Origin: Azolla caroliniana
Lineage: Eukaryota; Plantae; Polypodiophyta
Reading direction: 5' to 3'
DNA length: 64,000 nucleotides
Assembly: GCA_043228905.1 (NCBI GenBank)
Contig: JBHGNT010000006.1
Span: 13,392,001-13,456,000, forward strand
Each line of letters starts with the position of its first letter. The first letter of the stretch is position 1. Below are positions 37,501-49,490 of this stretch, piece by piece. The translations under genes and the position numbers were made by a program. The notes below the pieces were generated by a model. It searched no databases, was not told where the DNA came from, and worked only from the letters and a program-made list of their open reading frames with translations.

Positions 37501-40300
37501 ATACAAAGATATGCGAGGACTCGACCCTCAGTTATACCAGCATCAAGTACACTTGAGCAAGGACGCAAAACCAGTGGCACAAAGACGGTACTGGATGAAT
37601 CCCAATTATGCTGCCAAGGTCAAGGAAGAAATCGACAAACTGCGAAGAGTTGGCTTTATCTGTCCGGTAAAGAAAGCGACATGGCTAAGCCCGATCGTAG
37701 TCGTACCGAAGAAGAACGGAAAAATTCGAGTTTGCGTGGACTACCGGAAATTCAATGCGGCTACGGTAACGGATGCGTTTCCACTTCCGTTCACAGATGG
37801 AGTGTTGGATGTCGTCGCCGGCCATGAGGTCTATAGCTTTCTAGACGGATTCAACGGGTATAATCAGATCCGGATGCACCCCGACGACTAGGAGAAAACG
37901 GCATTCGTCACCCAATGGGGGGTGTTTGTGGCCGTGGTAATGATGTTCGGACTCAAAACGGCACCGGCAACGTTTCAAAGAATCATCATGGAAATCTTTG
38001 GTGAATATATATCGGCTTTTATGCAGGTTTTCCTTGACGATTTCGCCGTCTATAGCCGGGAGGAGGACCATTTTCAGCACCTCCGTCTTTGTCTAGAAAA
38101 GTGTAGAGCGTACCGGCTAAGCTTGAATCCGGCAAAGTGTGTATTTGGCGTGTCCAGTGGAACTTTATTAGGACATATTGTGAGCCAGGAAGGTATTGCA
38201 GTCGACCCAGACAAAGTGAAAGCCATATTAGAAGCACCGGCGCCGGCATCGGCAAAGGCATTAAGCCGGTTCTTAGGCCAGATCCGGTGGCACAGCCGGA
38301 TGCTCCGATACTTGGCCGACCTGGCTACACCGTTGCATGCCTCCGTACATCGGACACCATTCCAGTGGACCGATACTGAGGATAGGGCGTATAAGGCCCT
38401 CAAGGTACTATTGTCGCAGGCACCGGTAATACAACCTCCGGATTGGAGTAAAGAATTTCACGTGTTCGTGGACGGCTCCGACATCGCAATCGGAAGCGTA
38501 CTGATGCAGCTTACGGAACCAAGGTGGTACCGGCCAGTGTACTATGCCAGCCGGAAGCTATCCCAAGCAGAACGGAACTACTCTACTACGGAACGGGAAG
38601 CTCTAGGAATGATCTACAGTGTGACAAAGTTTCGGCACTATTTACTGGGAAGGAAGTTTTCCTTCCATGTAGATCATTCGGCACTCCTTTACCTGGTGTC
38701 CAAGGCGTCACTCACTGGCAAATTGGCCCGGTGGACCTTATTGTTACAGGAGTTCGAGTTTGAAATATTCCACCGACCCGGTATACAGCATGCCGTAGCG
38801 GATTACTTAAGCCGATTAGAGTCCGGAGAGACGGGTGACGGAGTACCGGATGAGTTTCCGGATGCGGAGCTGTTTCGAGTCACTACGGAGACGACAGCAG
38901 ATGAGACAGTGGCCCAGGAAGACAAGTGGCTCACAAATATGCACCAGTTTCTGAGCACAGGACTGCCTCCGGAAGAGCTGAACCGGGACGAACGGAAACG
39001 CCTGGCGGTACAAAGCAGACATTTCTGCTTACTGCAAGACACACTGTACCACAAGGGCGCTGACGGCATATGGAGACGGGCGGTGCGCAGCGATGAAAAA
39101 GAACTGATACTGAGGGAAGCCCACTGCGGAGTTGCCGGAGGTCACTATGCCGGAGATGCGACGACCAGAAAAATATGGCAAAGTGGCCTATGGTGGCCAA
39201 CGACATTAAGAGATGCGGTACGATATGCAAAAGAATGTGACCTATGCCAGAGAATGGGCCAGCCAACGGAGCAGGCTCGTATGCCACACCAGCCGGTACT
39301 ACCACTCGAGCCCTTCCAAAAGTGGGGGCTGGACTTTGTAGGACCGTTCAAGCCACCGGCAATGAGAACGGGTAATCGGTACATTATCGTTGCTACGGAT
39401 TACTGCACGAAATGGGTGGAGGCCAAAGCTTTACGGGATAACACCGCTGCGTCAACGGCAAAGTTTCTATATGAGTACATCTGGTGCCGTTACGGATGCC
39501 CCATTGAATTGATAAGTGACCAAGGGGGGCACTTTCTCGGACAAGTAGTGGAAAGCCTAACGACCTTCTATGCCGTGGTCCACAAACGAAGCACACCTTA
39601 CTATCCACAGGCGAATGGATTAGCGGAATCAACAAACAAGACGCTCCAGAACATCCTTTGGAAGATCGTCAACGAGAACCGGACAGATTGGGACACAAAG
39701 CTACATAGCGCGCTTTGGGCATACCGGACGACATACAAAACGAGCATCCGAACAACACCGTTCCGGTTGGCGTTCGGATTCGAGGCGGTCATGCCGGTAG
39801 AATTTCAAGTACCTAGCTTACGGATCCAGCTACGAGAACGGCTGAACGAGAAGGAGTCGGAGACAATAAGGTTGACAGCGCTGTGTGAGCTGGAGGAACA
39901 ACGGTTGGCCAACATCCTACATTTAGAATTGGAGCAACGGCGACGGAAAGCATTCGTCGATCGGCACAGGAAAGGTAACGAAAAAATGTTCGCAATCGGC
40001 AAACCAGTGCTAGTATTCCAAACCCGGATGGGCAAGATGCCGGGTAAACTAAGGTTTAGATGGACCGGACCATATTGGCTAACACAGGAGTATAATGGGT
40101 CCTACCAGTTGGGGACACTTGCCGGCGAAGTGCTGGGCAAATGGGTCAACGGATTCCGGTTAAAGGCATATAGAGGACCGATGCCTAAGAACCCGTTTGA
40201 GCAAAGGACCGACGGCAACCACCAAGACGGCAGAGAAGGCGAGCCGGTAACCGGAGAGAATGTGGCCGGTAAGGGTCCGGGAGGACCAACGGACATGTGA
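34546..40300 (+). pseudogene. gag-pol (Gag with three Cys/His knuckles, protease, RT, RNase H, integrase; no chromodomain)
   Basis: ORFs 34460..35458, 35618..35983, 36314..37354, 37382..37891, 37922..40300; several in-frame C-to-T type stops. Confidence 0.93.
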
Positions 40301-40679
40301 CGTCACACTAATAATAATAATAACTGAAAAAAAAAAAAAAAAAAAACAAGCATGCAAAAGCGAGGAATGAATGGATGAAAGAGCGTGGAGCGAAAAGGTA
40401 CGTAGTGGGCATTTAAAGCGCCACCACAGGACATAATGCTATTTTAAGTACGCGACATGCACAAACTCGAAAAAAGGTGCCATAATGCACAGACAAAAAC
40501 CATTGCGCGTAGAGACCCTCTACTTTCGCGAACCCAGGAGCACAGAAGCACCGAAACGCTGCAAGATTATCAGAAGAGAACCTGCGCACAGAGAACCCCC
40601 GCCTTCTGAACTCTCTCTTTCTCAACCCCGCTCTCATCACCATCCATCCTCGTCACCGCAATCCGACCTCGACACAGAG

Positions 40680-43600
40680 ATGGACCCGCAAACGCTGTCG
40701 GAAGCCGCCAAGACATGGCTGAAGCAACACGCGCTCAAGGGCTTCTTGATGATGATGGAAGTACCACCACACAAAGAAGCCGACAAAGTGATCAAGGAAA
40801 TCGATACAGAGGTCATAACGGCAGAGGCGATTCGAGCATTAACAGGCCTTCCGGAGGGAGGCATACTAACGATCGACAATCCAACCCCGGAGCAACTCAT
40901 CAGGTATTTTGGTGAGTACTCTCTAGCCAGCAAGGGCTACCGGACACAGGGCGGCGGAGATATGTTGTTCCGCGAAATTGCTCGTGTGCTCCATGAATAC
41001 GGCCACGTATACCCTAGACCCCCTGTCATGCCGCAGAACCGGGCAGGGATGATCATCGCCACCTATGAAGGGATCAAGGTGGATTGGCCGGTATTGATCG
41101 CAGACGGGTTGTGTGCGGCGATCGAGATCATCAGAGGCAAAGACGGCAAAGAAGGCCGAGACGGACGAAGGATATGGCATGCCGTAACGCAGTGGCTCAC
41201 CTTGCTGGTGCCACCCGTTCAGACCGTCCAGCCCAAGAAGCGAGGAAGAGTGTCGGACGGCACACCAAGGACGGCTTCCAAATGGCAACAGCTGTTGGCC
41301 TCGAAGGCCACTAAGGGAAAGGCGGTGGATGCAGAACAGGCGGCAGCAGGAAGCGGAAGCCGGAAGCGCCCAACGGAGGCGCAGGAGGAACCACCGGCAT
41401 GGCCCGTAAAGGTCACACTCCGCCGACCGGTGAATCGAGAAGTGGACCCCTTGGCGGCAAAACTCAATGCCGGAGCTCAGGAGGAGGAAATAGAGGAGGA
41501 GCCTACGGAGCACCTCTAGCGACGGTCGTCGGCAAGGACCGTTGAGACAGCCGGGAAACGTTCGGACCCTCAGACAGAGGGAACACCGGCTCCCCATACT
41601 GAGACTCCTACGCCAAGGAAGGAACCGGAACCGGTGCAGATGGCACCGGAAACAGAAGCCCCGGCACCACCGGAACCACCGGCAAGTCCCATCCCGCCAG
41701 AGCCGGAAAGGTCACTGCAGCCTCCCTCGGTCAGCCAAGAAGAAGCGCAAGGAGACCAAGGACAGCAGGATGGTCCACGGGCAGAAACGGAACTGCAACT
41801 CGGTGCAACCAGGCGGGACCACCCCTCGACAAGTGAGCCCATCTATCAAACCTCCGTGCAAGCACAACAAGGCACCGGTAGCCTGTGGCTCCGGTGGATA
41901 GGCGAACAGATAGCCGGAGCGGTGGGGTATATAGAGGCGGAAGAAAGAGCGCAAAGCGAACGGTTGCTTGTCACAACCGAACAACTAGAGACGGCCTGGT
42001 CCAGAATCTGGTGCCTTGAAAAAGATTTTGATCAGGTCACGACAGAGATGGCCAAAATACGGATCCAATCACCGGTGACTCCGGTAAGTGTACAGAGTAA
42101 TGAAACGGAACGACCTGTACATAGGAATAAGACCCCGGCAACGGAAACCGTTCCGGCGAGAGATGCGGCGCAAGCTCCGGAGCTTGCGGAATTGAGAGAG
42201 GAACTTGCCGCACAAGAAGCGCTAAGGAGCTGGGAACGAGAATTGAAGACGGCGGCCGAAGCCAAATTAAAGAAGACTGCTGAGAACCTCCGCCGGGCAG
42301 AGGAGAGCCTCCGGAAAGGCCATCAAGCGTACGACCGGCTAAAGGAGGAGAAAGACAAAGTGCTGCAGGAAAAGGACAAGCTGCGGAAAACGGCGGAAAC
42401 AGAGATTGAGTGGCTAAAGGAAGAGCTCCGCCAGAGAAGGACCGCGAGGACCGGGCCCGTCGTCAGATCAACGCACGGCTCAAGCAAAAGACGGATGATT
42501 TTGACCACCTGCACCGGGACTACAAACGGCTGGAAACGGAGCATAAAGAACGGATGGCCGAGCTCCAGCAGGCAGTTGATCGGGCCGCGATGGCGATCGC
42601 CGACGAACGGGCGGAAAATACAAGACGCTTGGAAGAGGCGGAGAAGGTCCGGATGGAGCTCCAGAGGCAGCAGCAGGAAGACAAAGAGAGAGCGTCAACA
42701 GTATTGCAGAAATTAAAAAGTACATATCAAAGGCAATTGACGCATTAAAAGGCGCAGGCGGAGGACAACGTAAAAATCATCAAACAACTGAAGGAGGAAT
42801 GGCAAGCGGCGGAAACCAAATCGCAATTGGGAACGAGCCGGATTCAGTCCATCCTCCGGGCATGGTTGAATCAGACGAAGCACTTGATTGATGAAAGCTT
42901 CGTAAAATGGTGGACAAAGTGGGCACAAAACGTGGCGGAACTCCAGTTGCTACGGGTGGATGTGGCAAACCGGCGGAAGGAAGGAGATGATTGTTATACG
43001 TTGACTTTCGAGGACTTCACCGCCATATGGGACGAGCTGGCCGACGACTTCCAAGTCGTGGCAGATGAACAGCTGGCGCAGGTCAGGCAGCTCGTAGCTC
43101 AGCTGGACGATGATAGGCTGGACGCTCAAATTCAGTTTGAAAGCTACGAGCGGTGTCGTAGTGTATTTTGTACACTACGTGAAAAACGTATATAGTATTA
43201 GATTCAATAAAAAATGAAGAAATAGAAGAAAATAGCAAAATAAATGGAACATGCATAGGGCAAGATTCGAACCTTGCACCTCCATGTTAATAATGTAATG
43301 TCTTACCATTACACTAGCATTTCATTAGTGTTAAAGCATAGATGTCCCACATAGAAAGGTAAATTCACGCTAGGATAAACATTAGAAAAACGCATAACAA
43401 AAGAAAAAGCTACACATACACATCTAGCGTGCATGATAAAAAACGCACAAGTTAGAAAAAGCATGATCACTTTAGATAAAGCATATAGTCTATCTATAGG
43501 AAAAGCATGGGGTCTATAGTTAGAGAAAAAGCATAGATTACTAAGACTTCCTCATCACTACATAAGGATGGGGAGCACAATGTAATTGGGTGTGAAAAAT

Positions 43601-44173
43601 ATTTGGAAACTGGATATGTTTCTAAAAAACACCAATTAATAAACTATACTCGTGGGATTCACGAGGATTCTATATCATTCTCTTTCAACCCAAATTTATA
43701 TTCTTATATTCATATTGATTAATCAAATACAATACACTCGTGGGATTCACGAGTTTGCTATAACTCTTTCTTACAACATATTTATATTCTTATTAGCCTT
43801 AAAACTCTCCTCTTCCTAGTCCAAAACCCCAGCGGTTCCCACCCGACTCACGCAACGATCCGGAGCCGAAAGGCACGACAGCGGTCCCGGGTACGGGAAG
43901 AAAAAGCACAGGAAGCGACAACAGTTAACCTTAGTGATGAGGAACCGTCGTCGGCTGAGGGCCAGCTGGGAACCAGTCAACCGGAGACCACCACGACGTA
44001 GGGAGCAACGACGGAGACGCTGGTGTCAGAGCCACAAACGGAGGAGCAGCCGCAACAACCACCAACGGACCCGCCGCAGCAGATAGCAACAGCAGCAACA
44101 ACAACAACCACTTCCAGATGAACCATTGGAGCCTCTCGAACAAAGCATTCTGGACATTTTGGACGAAGAATAG
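40680..44173 (+). pseudogene. Extra sense ORF (~900 codons when reconstructed): globular N-terminus, Pro/Glu linker, coiled coil, conserved C-terminal domain, Gln-rich tail
   Basis: ORFs 40485..41519, 41634..42716, 42410..42748 and 42827..43195, resuming after 43884; ends ..LEQSILDILDEE*. Confidence 0.85.
43154..43880 (+). mobile_element. 727-bp insertion TGTCGT...ACGACA with 4-bp TSD GCGG (solo LTR or non-autonomous element)
   Basis: Interrupts FESYER|SRVREEK, which is contiguous in the sister element near 22870; AT-rich; no coding capacity. Confidence 0.9.
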
Positions 44174-45957
44174 CAAGGGTCGGTTGTGGATTCGACATAC
44201 AAGGTACTGTCCCACGGGCGTGCCATGTGTTACCGGCCGGCAAAGGAGTCCAGAGTGGGAAACGGAGAGCTAATTAAGTAGTAGGAATGTGGTTGTAATT
44301 AAGCTATGAGTGTGGACGGACGGACCGGAATCGGTATGCCGTTCCGGATCCGGACCGATCCCGAACAGGTGCGGATGGCACCGTTTTGTAATACAGACCG
44401 GAAACCTATTTAAAGGCCCGGATACAATGTTGTCTTAATTGTTATATCTTACGCGTGTTATGAAGACGATCCTAATAAGTAACTTGATTAAGTCGGATTA
44501 AGCGTTGAAGTCTAATCCGGTTGTCGTAACACCCTTTGGTGAAGTGTCTTCCGTAGACACCCTGTGTTAGGCCATTGTCCGGCCCGAAGAGTTAACAATG
44601 AATGGTTTTTCCGGATCGACATGAGCTAGAATTGGTGCCGATGTAAATGCCTTTTTAAGACTCTCGAAAGACATATCTGCTTCTTCAGTCCAAACGAACG
44701 ATTGTCCCTTCTTGGTAAGTTGTGTGAGAGGCAGAACGAGCTTTGAGTAATCTGGTATAAACTTCCGGTAAAAATTGGCAAAGCCTAAAAAGCATTGCAC
44801 ATCCCACACCGAGTGCGGATTCTGCCATTCTACCACCGTCTTGACCTTAGCTGGGTCCATGGAGATGCCTTCTAATGAAATGACGTAGCCGAGAAATTCC
44901 ACCTAGTGGCACCCGAAACTACATTTTTCTAGCTTTCTGTAAAGACCATGTTCTCGAAGTCGTTTTAGTACTAATAGTACATGAGAATCATGCTCTTCTT
45001 CGGTCATTGAATAAACCAGTAGATCATCCAAGTAGATGATCAGACACACATCCAAGAGATCTCGGAATATATCATTTTCCATGTGGTGGAAGACTGCTGG
45101 CGCATTAGTGAGGCCGAACAGCATGACCGTCTACTCGAAGTGCCCATATCTAGTGTGGAACGCGGTCTTCCATTCATCTCCTGGTCGGATCCATACGAGG
45201 TTATAGCCCCCCCCCCCCCCCCCGTAAGTCGATCTTTGTGAAGAACCTGGCACCATTGATTCGTTCTAAAAGACTTGAGATAAGGGGAAGTGCATACCTA
45301 TTGCGGATTGTAACTTTATTCAAGCCACGGTAATCTACTACCAGACGAAGTGAGCCATCCTTTTTCTTGACGAAGAGAATGGGTGAGCCAGCTGGAGATT
45401 TCGAATGTCGAATGAATCCATTCTCCAAATTCTCCTCTATATAGGCTTGAAGGACTTCTAGCTCGGTTGGTGACAAATTGTAGATCGGTCCCCATGGTGG
45501 CTCTTTCCCCGGTTGTAAATCGATGGGGCAATCATATGGTCGATCGTGAGGAAGCGTATTGGCTCGTACTTTATCGAATACATCGGCATAATAATGATAC
45601 TTCTTTGGAAGCTGAACGGTGGACTCCTCTTTAATGGTGTCGGAGGGTTTTAGTGATATTGCGAAGAGAAACATTTCTTCCTTGCGTCCTTCTTCCCGCA
45701 ACTCATGTAGTGAAATGGTGGCAATCTTCTTAGTAGATCCTCGGGTTTGTCGACTCCGGATTTCTCTTGTTCTCCAATCTATGTTTGGGTTATGTAACTC
45801 GAACCATGGTAATCCCAAAACGATGGAATGTTCTAGGATACTAGTAATGTTAAATGATACTACACATGCTAAGTTATCTAGGACAATATTCACGGGTTCT
45901 GAGTCTTCTATGATTTTTTCCGGAAGCAATGGGACGACCATCAATGACGACTACAGG

Positions 45958-46401
45958 AGCTAAGGACGGCAAAGACCAGGGTGTGAAAAGGGGAATTGTT
46001 ATTTATGAATCTGTTGAAATTACTAGTCTTAATATATATATTAATATATGAGAAGATGTGGACGGACGGACCGGAATCGGTATGCCGATCCGGATCCGGA
46101 CCGATTCCGAATAGGTGCCAGTTGGCACCGTTTTGTACCTCGCACCGGTGACCTATATAAAGGCCCGGTTACAATGTAGTCATTAACGGAGAGTAATATA
46201 AATCTTTTGTTTAATCATTGAGTATTGTTCACCGTTCTGTGCTTATTGTATATCTTACACGTGTTAATGACGTATTGCTAAGTAACCGATTAAGGTCCAA
46301 TTACGCGTTGTGTCGTAAGTTATCTCGCCGTAATAGCCTTTGGTGAAGTGTCTTAAGTGGACAGCCTATGTTAGGCTGTTGTCCGGCCCTAAGGATTAAC
46401 A
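45958..46401 (+). repeat. 5'-clipped Phygy-like LTR inserted in Tcn1-like gag
   Basis: GGACGGACGGACCGGAATCGGTATGCC core and ...GTCCGGCCCTAAGGATTAACA end; no PBS follows; gag resumes at 46402. Confidence 0.85.
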
Positions 46402-49041
46402 CGAGCTACAGTGCCTAAAAGAAAAATTTGTTGCCTTGGAACAAGAAAACCAACGGCTGATAGGGAATCAACAAACGCAGCAACAACATGGGGAGATAGC
46501 GTTACGGGTGCAACAACTCGAAGAGGCATTGCAACAACAGGGATCAAGTCCCCAAGGATTTCATAAAGAGCCAAATATTGGACTTCCTCTGAAATTTGAT
46601 GGAACGTGATCGCAACTCAGGGGATTCCTTAATCAGGTACGATTAGTCCTCCAAATGCATCCTTCCCGATACCCCACTGATGCATCCCGAGTCGGCTTAA
46701 TAGGCACGTTGCTTAGCGGCTCAGCCTTAGCATGGTTCGCTCCGTTTCTAGAAAAACAATCGCCCTTGCTTACTAACTTTGAAGATTTTATTAGTGAGTT
46801 TAAAGCCTGCTTTGGAGACACTGACAACATCAAGACGGCGATCAACAAGATCCGACGATTGCGTCAAGGTGATCGTCTAGCCTCTACCTACGCGGCAGAT
46901 TTTGGCCTACTGGCTTCAGATATCCCCTGGGATGATCAGGCACTAATGGAGCAGTTTCGCTATGGCCTGCGAAACGATGTCAAAGATCTACTTCTAACTT
47001 TCCCCGAAGAACCAAAGTCTCTTACGGAGGCAATCGGTCGAGCGGTCCAATGTGACAACCGCCTTTTCGAACAACATTTGGAACGTCAATTACAGATACC
47101 ACGCTCTAGGCCAGAGCCCACTTACGCCTCAATTGTAGCTAAACAGTTTGCACGAGACATACCTTAAGCAAATACTTCGACACCGATGGAGATAGATTCC
47201 ACGCGTCGATGCGGCCCATTATCGAAAGAAGAAAAGCAACAATGACGTGCAAATCGATTATGTCTTTATTCCGGTGGACTAGGGCATATCGCAATCAATT
47301 GTCCCCATAGGCCAAGAAGACAGGTAAATCAAATTGTAGCATGTACTAAACCTGAGTCAATTCTTCCCTTAGGAGTGTCTGATAGTATTAATAGCACTAA
47401 TAGAGTGTTTGATAGTATTAATAGTACTAATAGCCCAGGTATCTCAAACAAATTTGAAATCCTTAGTCAATTAGATGAAGAGTTAAATGATTGAGTCCAC
47501 CCAAAATAGGAGCCATTTGGTTGGATAACCCTAGATCTGTAGAGCCCATTAGTGGTTCCATTCCCTCCAAGCAAGTTAGCAATGTGTTCCTAGCCCAAGT
47601 CATGGTTAGTACTAAAAGTACTCCCCCAGTACATGTCCTAGCACTTCTAGATTCCGGAGCTAAATCGTGTTTTATGGATCCAAATTCTGCCCAAGCTTCT
47701 CAGATATCCTTAAGAAAACTTCCTTGCCCCGCATCTGTAGTAGTCATTGATGGTCGTCCCATTGCTACCGGGAATATTGTAGAAGAGTCAAAACCCATTG
47801 AAGTTGTCCTAGGTAGTTTTGTGTGTGTAGTAGCATTTAATATAATTAGTAGTCCAGAGCATCCCATTGTCCTAGGATTACCTTGGTTTGAATTACATAA
47901 TCCAGACATAAATTGGAGAACAACAGAAGTCCGACATCGACAGCCCCAAGAATCTACTCATCAAGTTTCGACCATTTCACTACTCAATTACGCGAAGAAG
48001 GACACAAGAAGGCAATTACGCGAAGAAGGACACAAGAAGGCAATGTTCCTATTTGCAATATCAGTACATCCTTCCAACACTATTAAGGAGGAATCCTTAG
48101 TACAACTTCCGGCAAAATATCATCCTTATGTTGATGTATTTGACAAGGTAAAAGCCGGTACTCTTGCTCATCATTGTCCCTATAATTGTCCCATCGATCT
48201 ACAACCGGGAGCAGAGCCACCATAGGGACCCATTTACAACTTGTCCCCCACCGAGTTAGAAGTCCTTCGAGCCTACATAGACGAGAACTTGGCAAGCGGG
48301 TTTATCCGTCATTCGAAATCTGCGGCCAGTGCACCCATCTTCTTTGTCAAGAAGAAAGATGGCTCACTTTGTCTCGTCGTTGATTACCGTGGATTGAATA
48401 AGGTCACCATCCGGAATAGATATGCACTTCCTCTTATATCAAGTCTTTTAGAGAGATTTAATGGTGCCAAGTTATTTACAAAGATCGATCTATGAGGAGC
48501 GTATAACCTCGTGCGGATCCGACCGGGAGATGAATGGAAGACCGCCTTTCCACGCGGTATGGGCATTTCGAATATATTGTTATGCCGATAGGTCTAACCA
48601 ATGCACCTGATGTCTTCCAACACATCGCAAATGATATATTCAGAGACCTCTTGGATATCTGTTTGATCATCTATCTGGGTGATCTATTGGATATCTGTTC
48701 GAAGACTCAAGAAGAGCACGATTCTCATGTACCATTAGTTCTAAAACGACTCCGCGAGAATGGTCTTTATGCCAATCTAAAAAAATGTAGCTTTGACTGC
48801 AAGCAAGTGTAATTTCTAGGCTACGTCATATCCTCAAACTTGTTCACAATAAACTTTATTATTTGGTCGATTGGCTCGGGCCATTTCTAGGTTATAGTCC
48901 GAGAACGTACTTGGGAACCCGTCGAGCATGTTGCCAATGCTCAGGATCTTCTTGCTGATTTCCACCGAACGTATCTGGACAAACCCGGTCCACAATTAGG
49001 GCCGACTCATTCCACTCGTCGTCTTTAAACGGGAGGAATAG

Positions 49042-49490
49042 TGTCATGATATGGCAAGACTCGAACCCATGACCTTAAGCTACATGGGTCAAGCTCTTAC
49101 CATTAGACTATGAATTGTAATTTGTAGAATATTATTTTCATTTATGTTTTATCATAGAAAATTGATGTATATTCCAGATCTCTCTAGAACATTCTAGAAG
49201 CTTCAGAATTATTTCTAAAAACACTATAAAAGGAGGCACAAGGCATTGTTTTGAACCAAATTGGTTCAACGCCAGTGTTAAGCCTCTTAGCCACTTTGTA
49301 CTTATCTTTCACATAATATATTAGCTGTTGTCATCATCTTTCTCTCTCTCTCATTCTCGTTATCTCTCTCTCTCTCTCTCCTCTTCTCTCTTTCTCTCTC
49401 GGGAATCTTACGCAGTCCCATCCTCTTAGTACTAATAGTACTTCTCTTCTCTAGTACTAATTCTCTCTCTGTTTAGTACTATTCCTGATA
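49042..49490 (+). repeat. Tcn1-like LTR flanked by both PPT and PBS
   Basis: GGGAGGAATAG|TGTCATGA...TTCCTGATA|GTTTGAACCAATTT. Confidence 0.92.

Larger units (their letters stand above)
34061..44597 (+). mobile_element. Full-length Phygy-like Ty3/gypsy element; TSD ATGAA
   Basis: 5' LTR 34061..34493; 3' LTR 44228..44597 with ~63-bp internal deletion; PBS TGGCGACCACGA at 34501; ATGAA on both flanks. Confidence 0.97.
32718..45957 (-). mobile_element. Rearranged minus-strand Tcn1-like element: protease/RT 44598..45957, RNase H/integrase 32941..34060, LTR end and PBS 32718..32940; host of the element at 34061
   Basis: DPEKPFI|[11 protein letters not shown] split across TSD ATGAA; IIYLDDLL; PWQSIALD. 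Confidence 0.88.

Noticed and set aside
43859-43880. Hammerhead ribozyme or group II intron end suggested by GCCGAAAGGC
   Set aside because: No CTGANGA core or downstream GAAA, and no domain V pattern.
40680-44173. Retroviral env gene
   Set aside because: The position fits, but no signal peptide or transmembrane helix is visible and the protein is highly charged.
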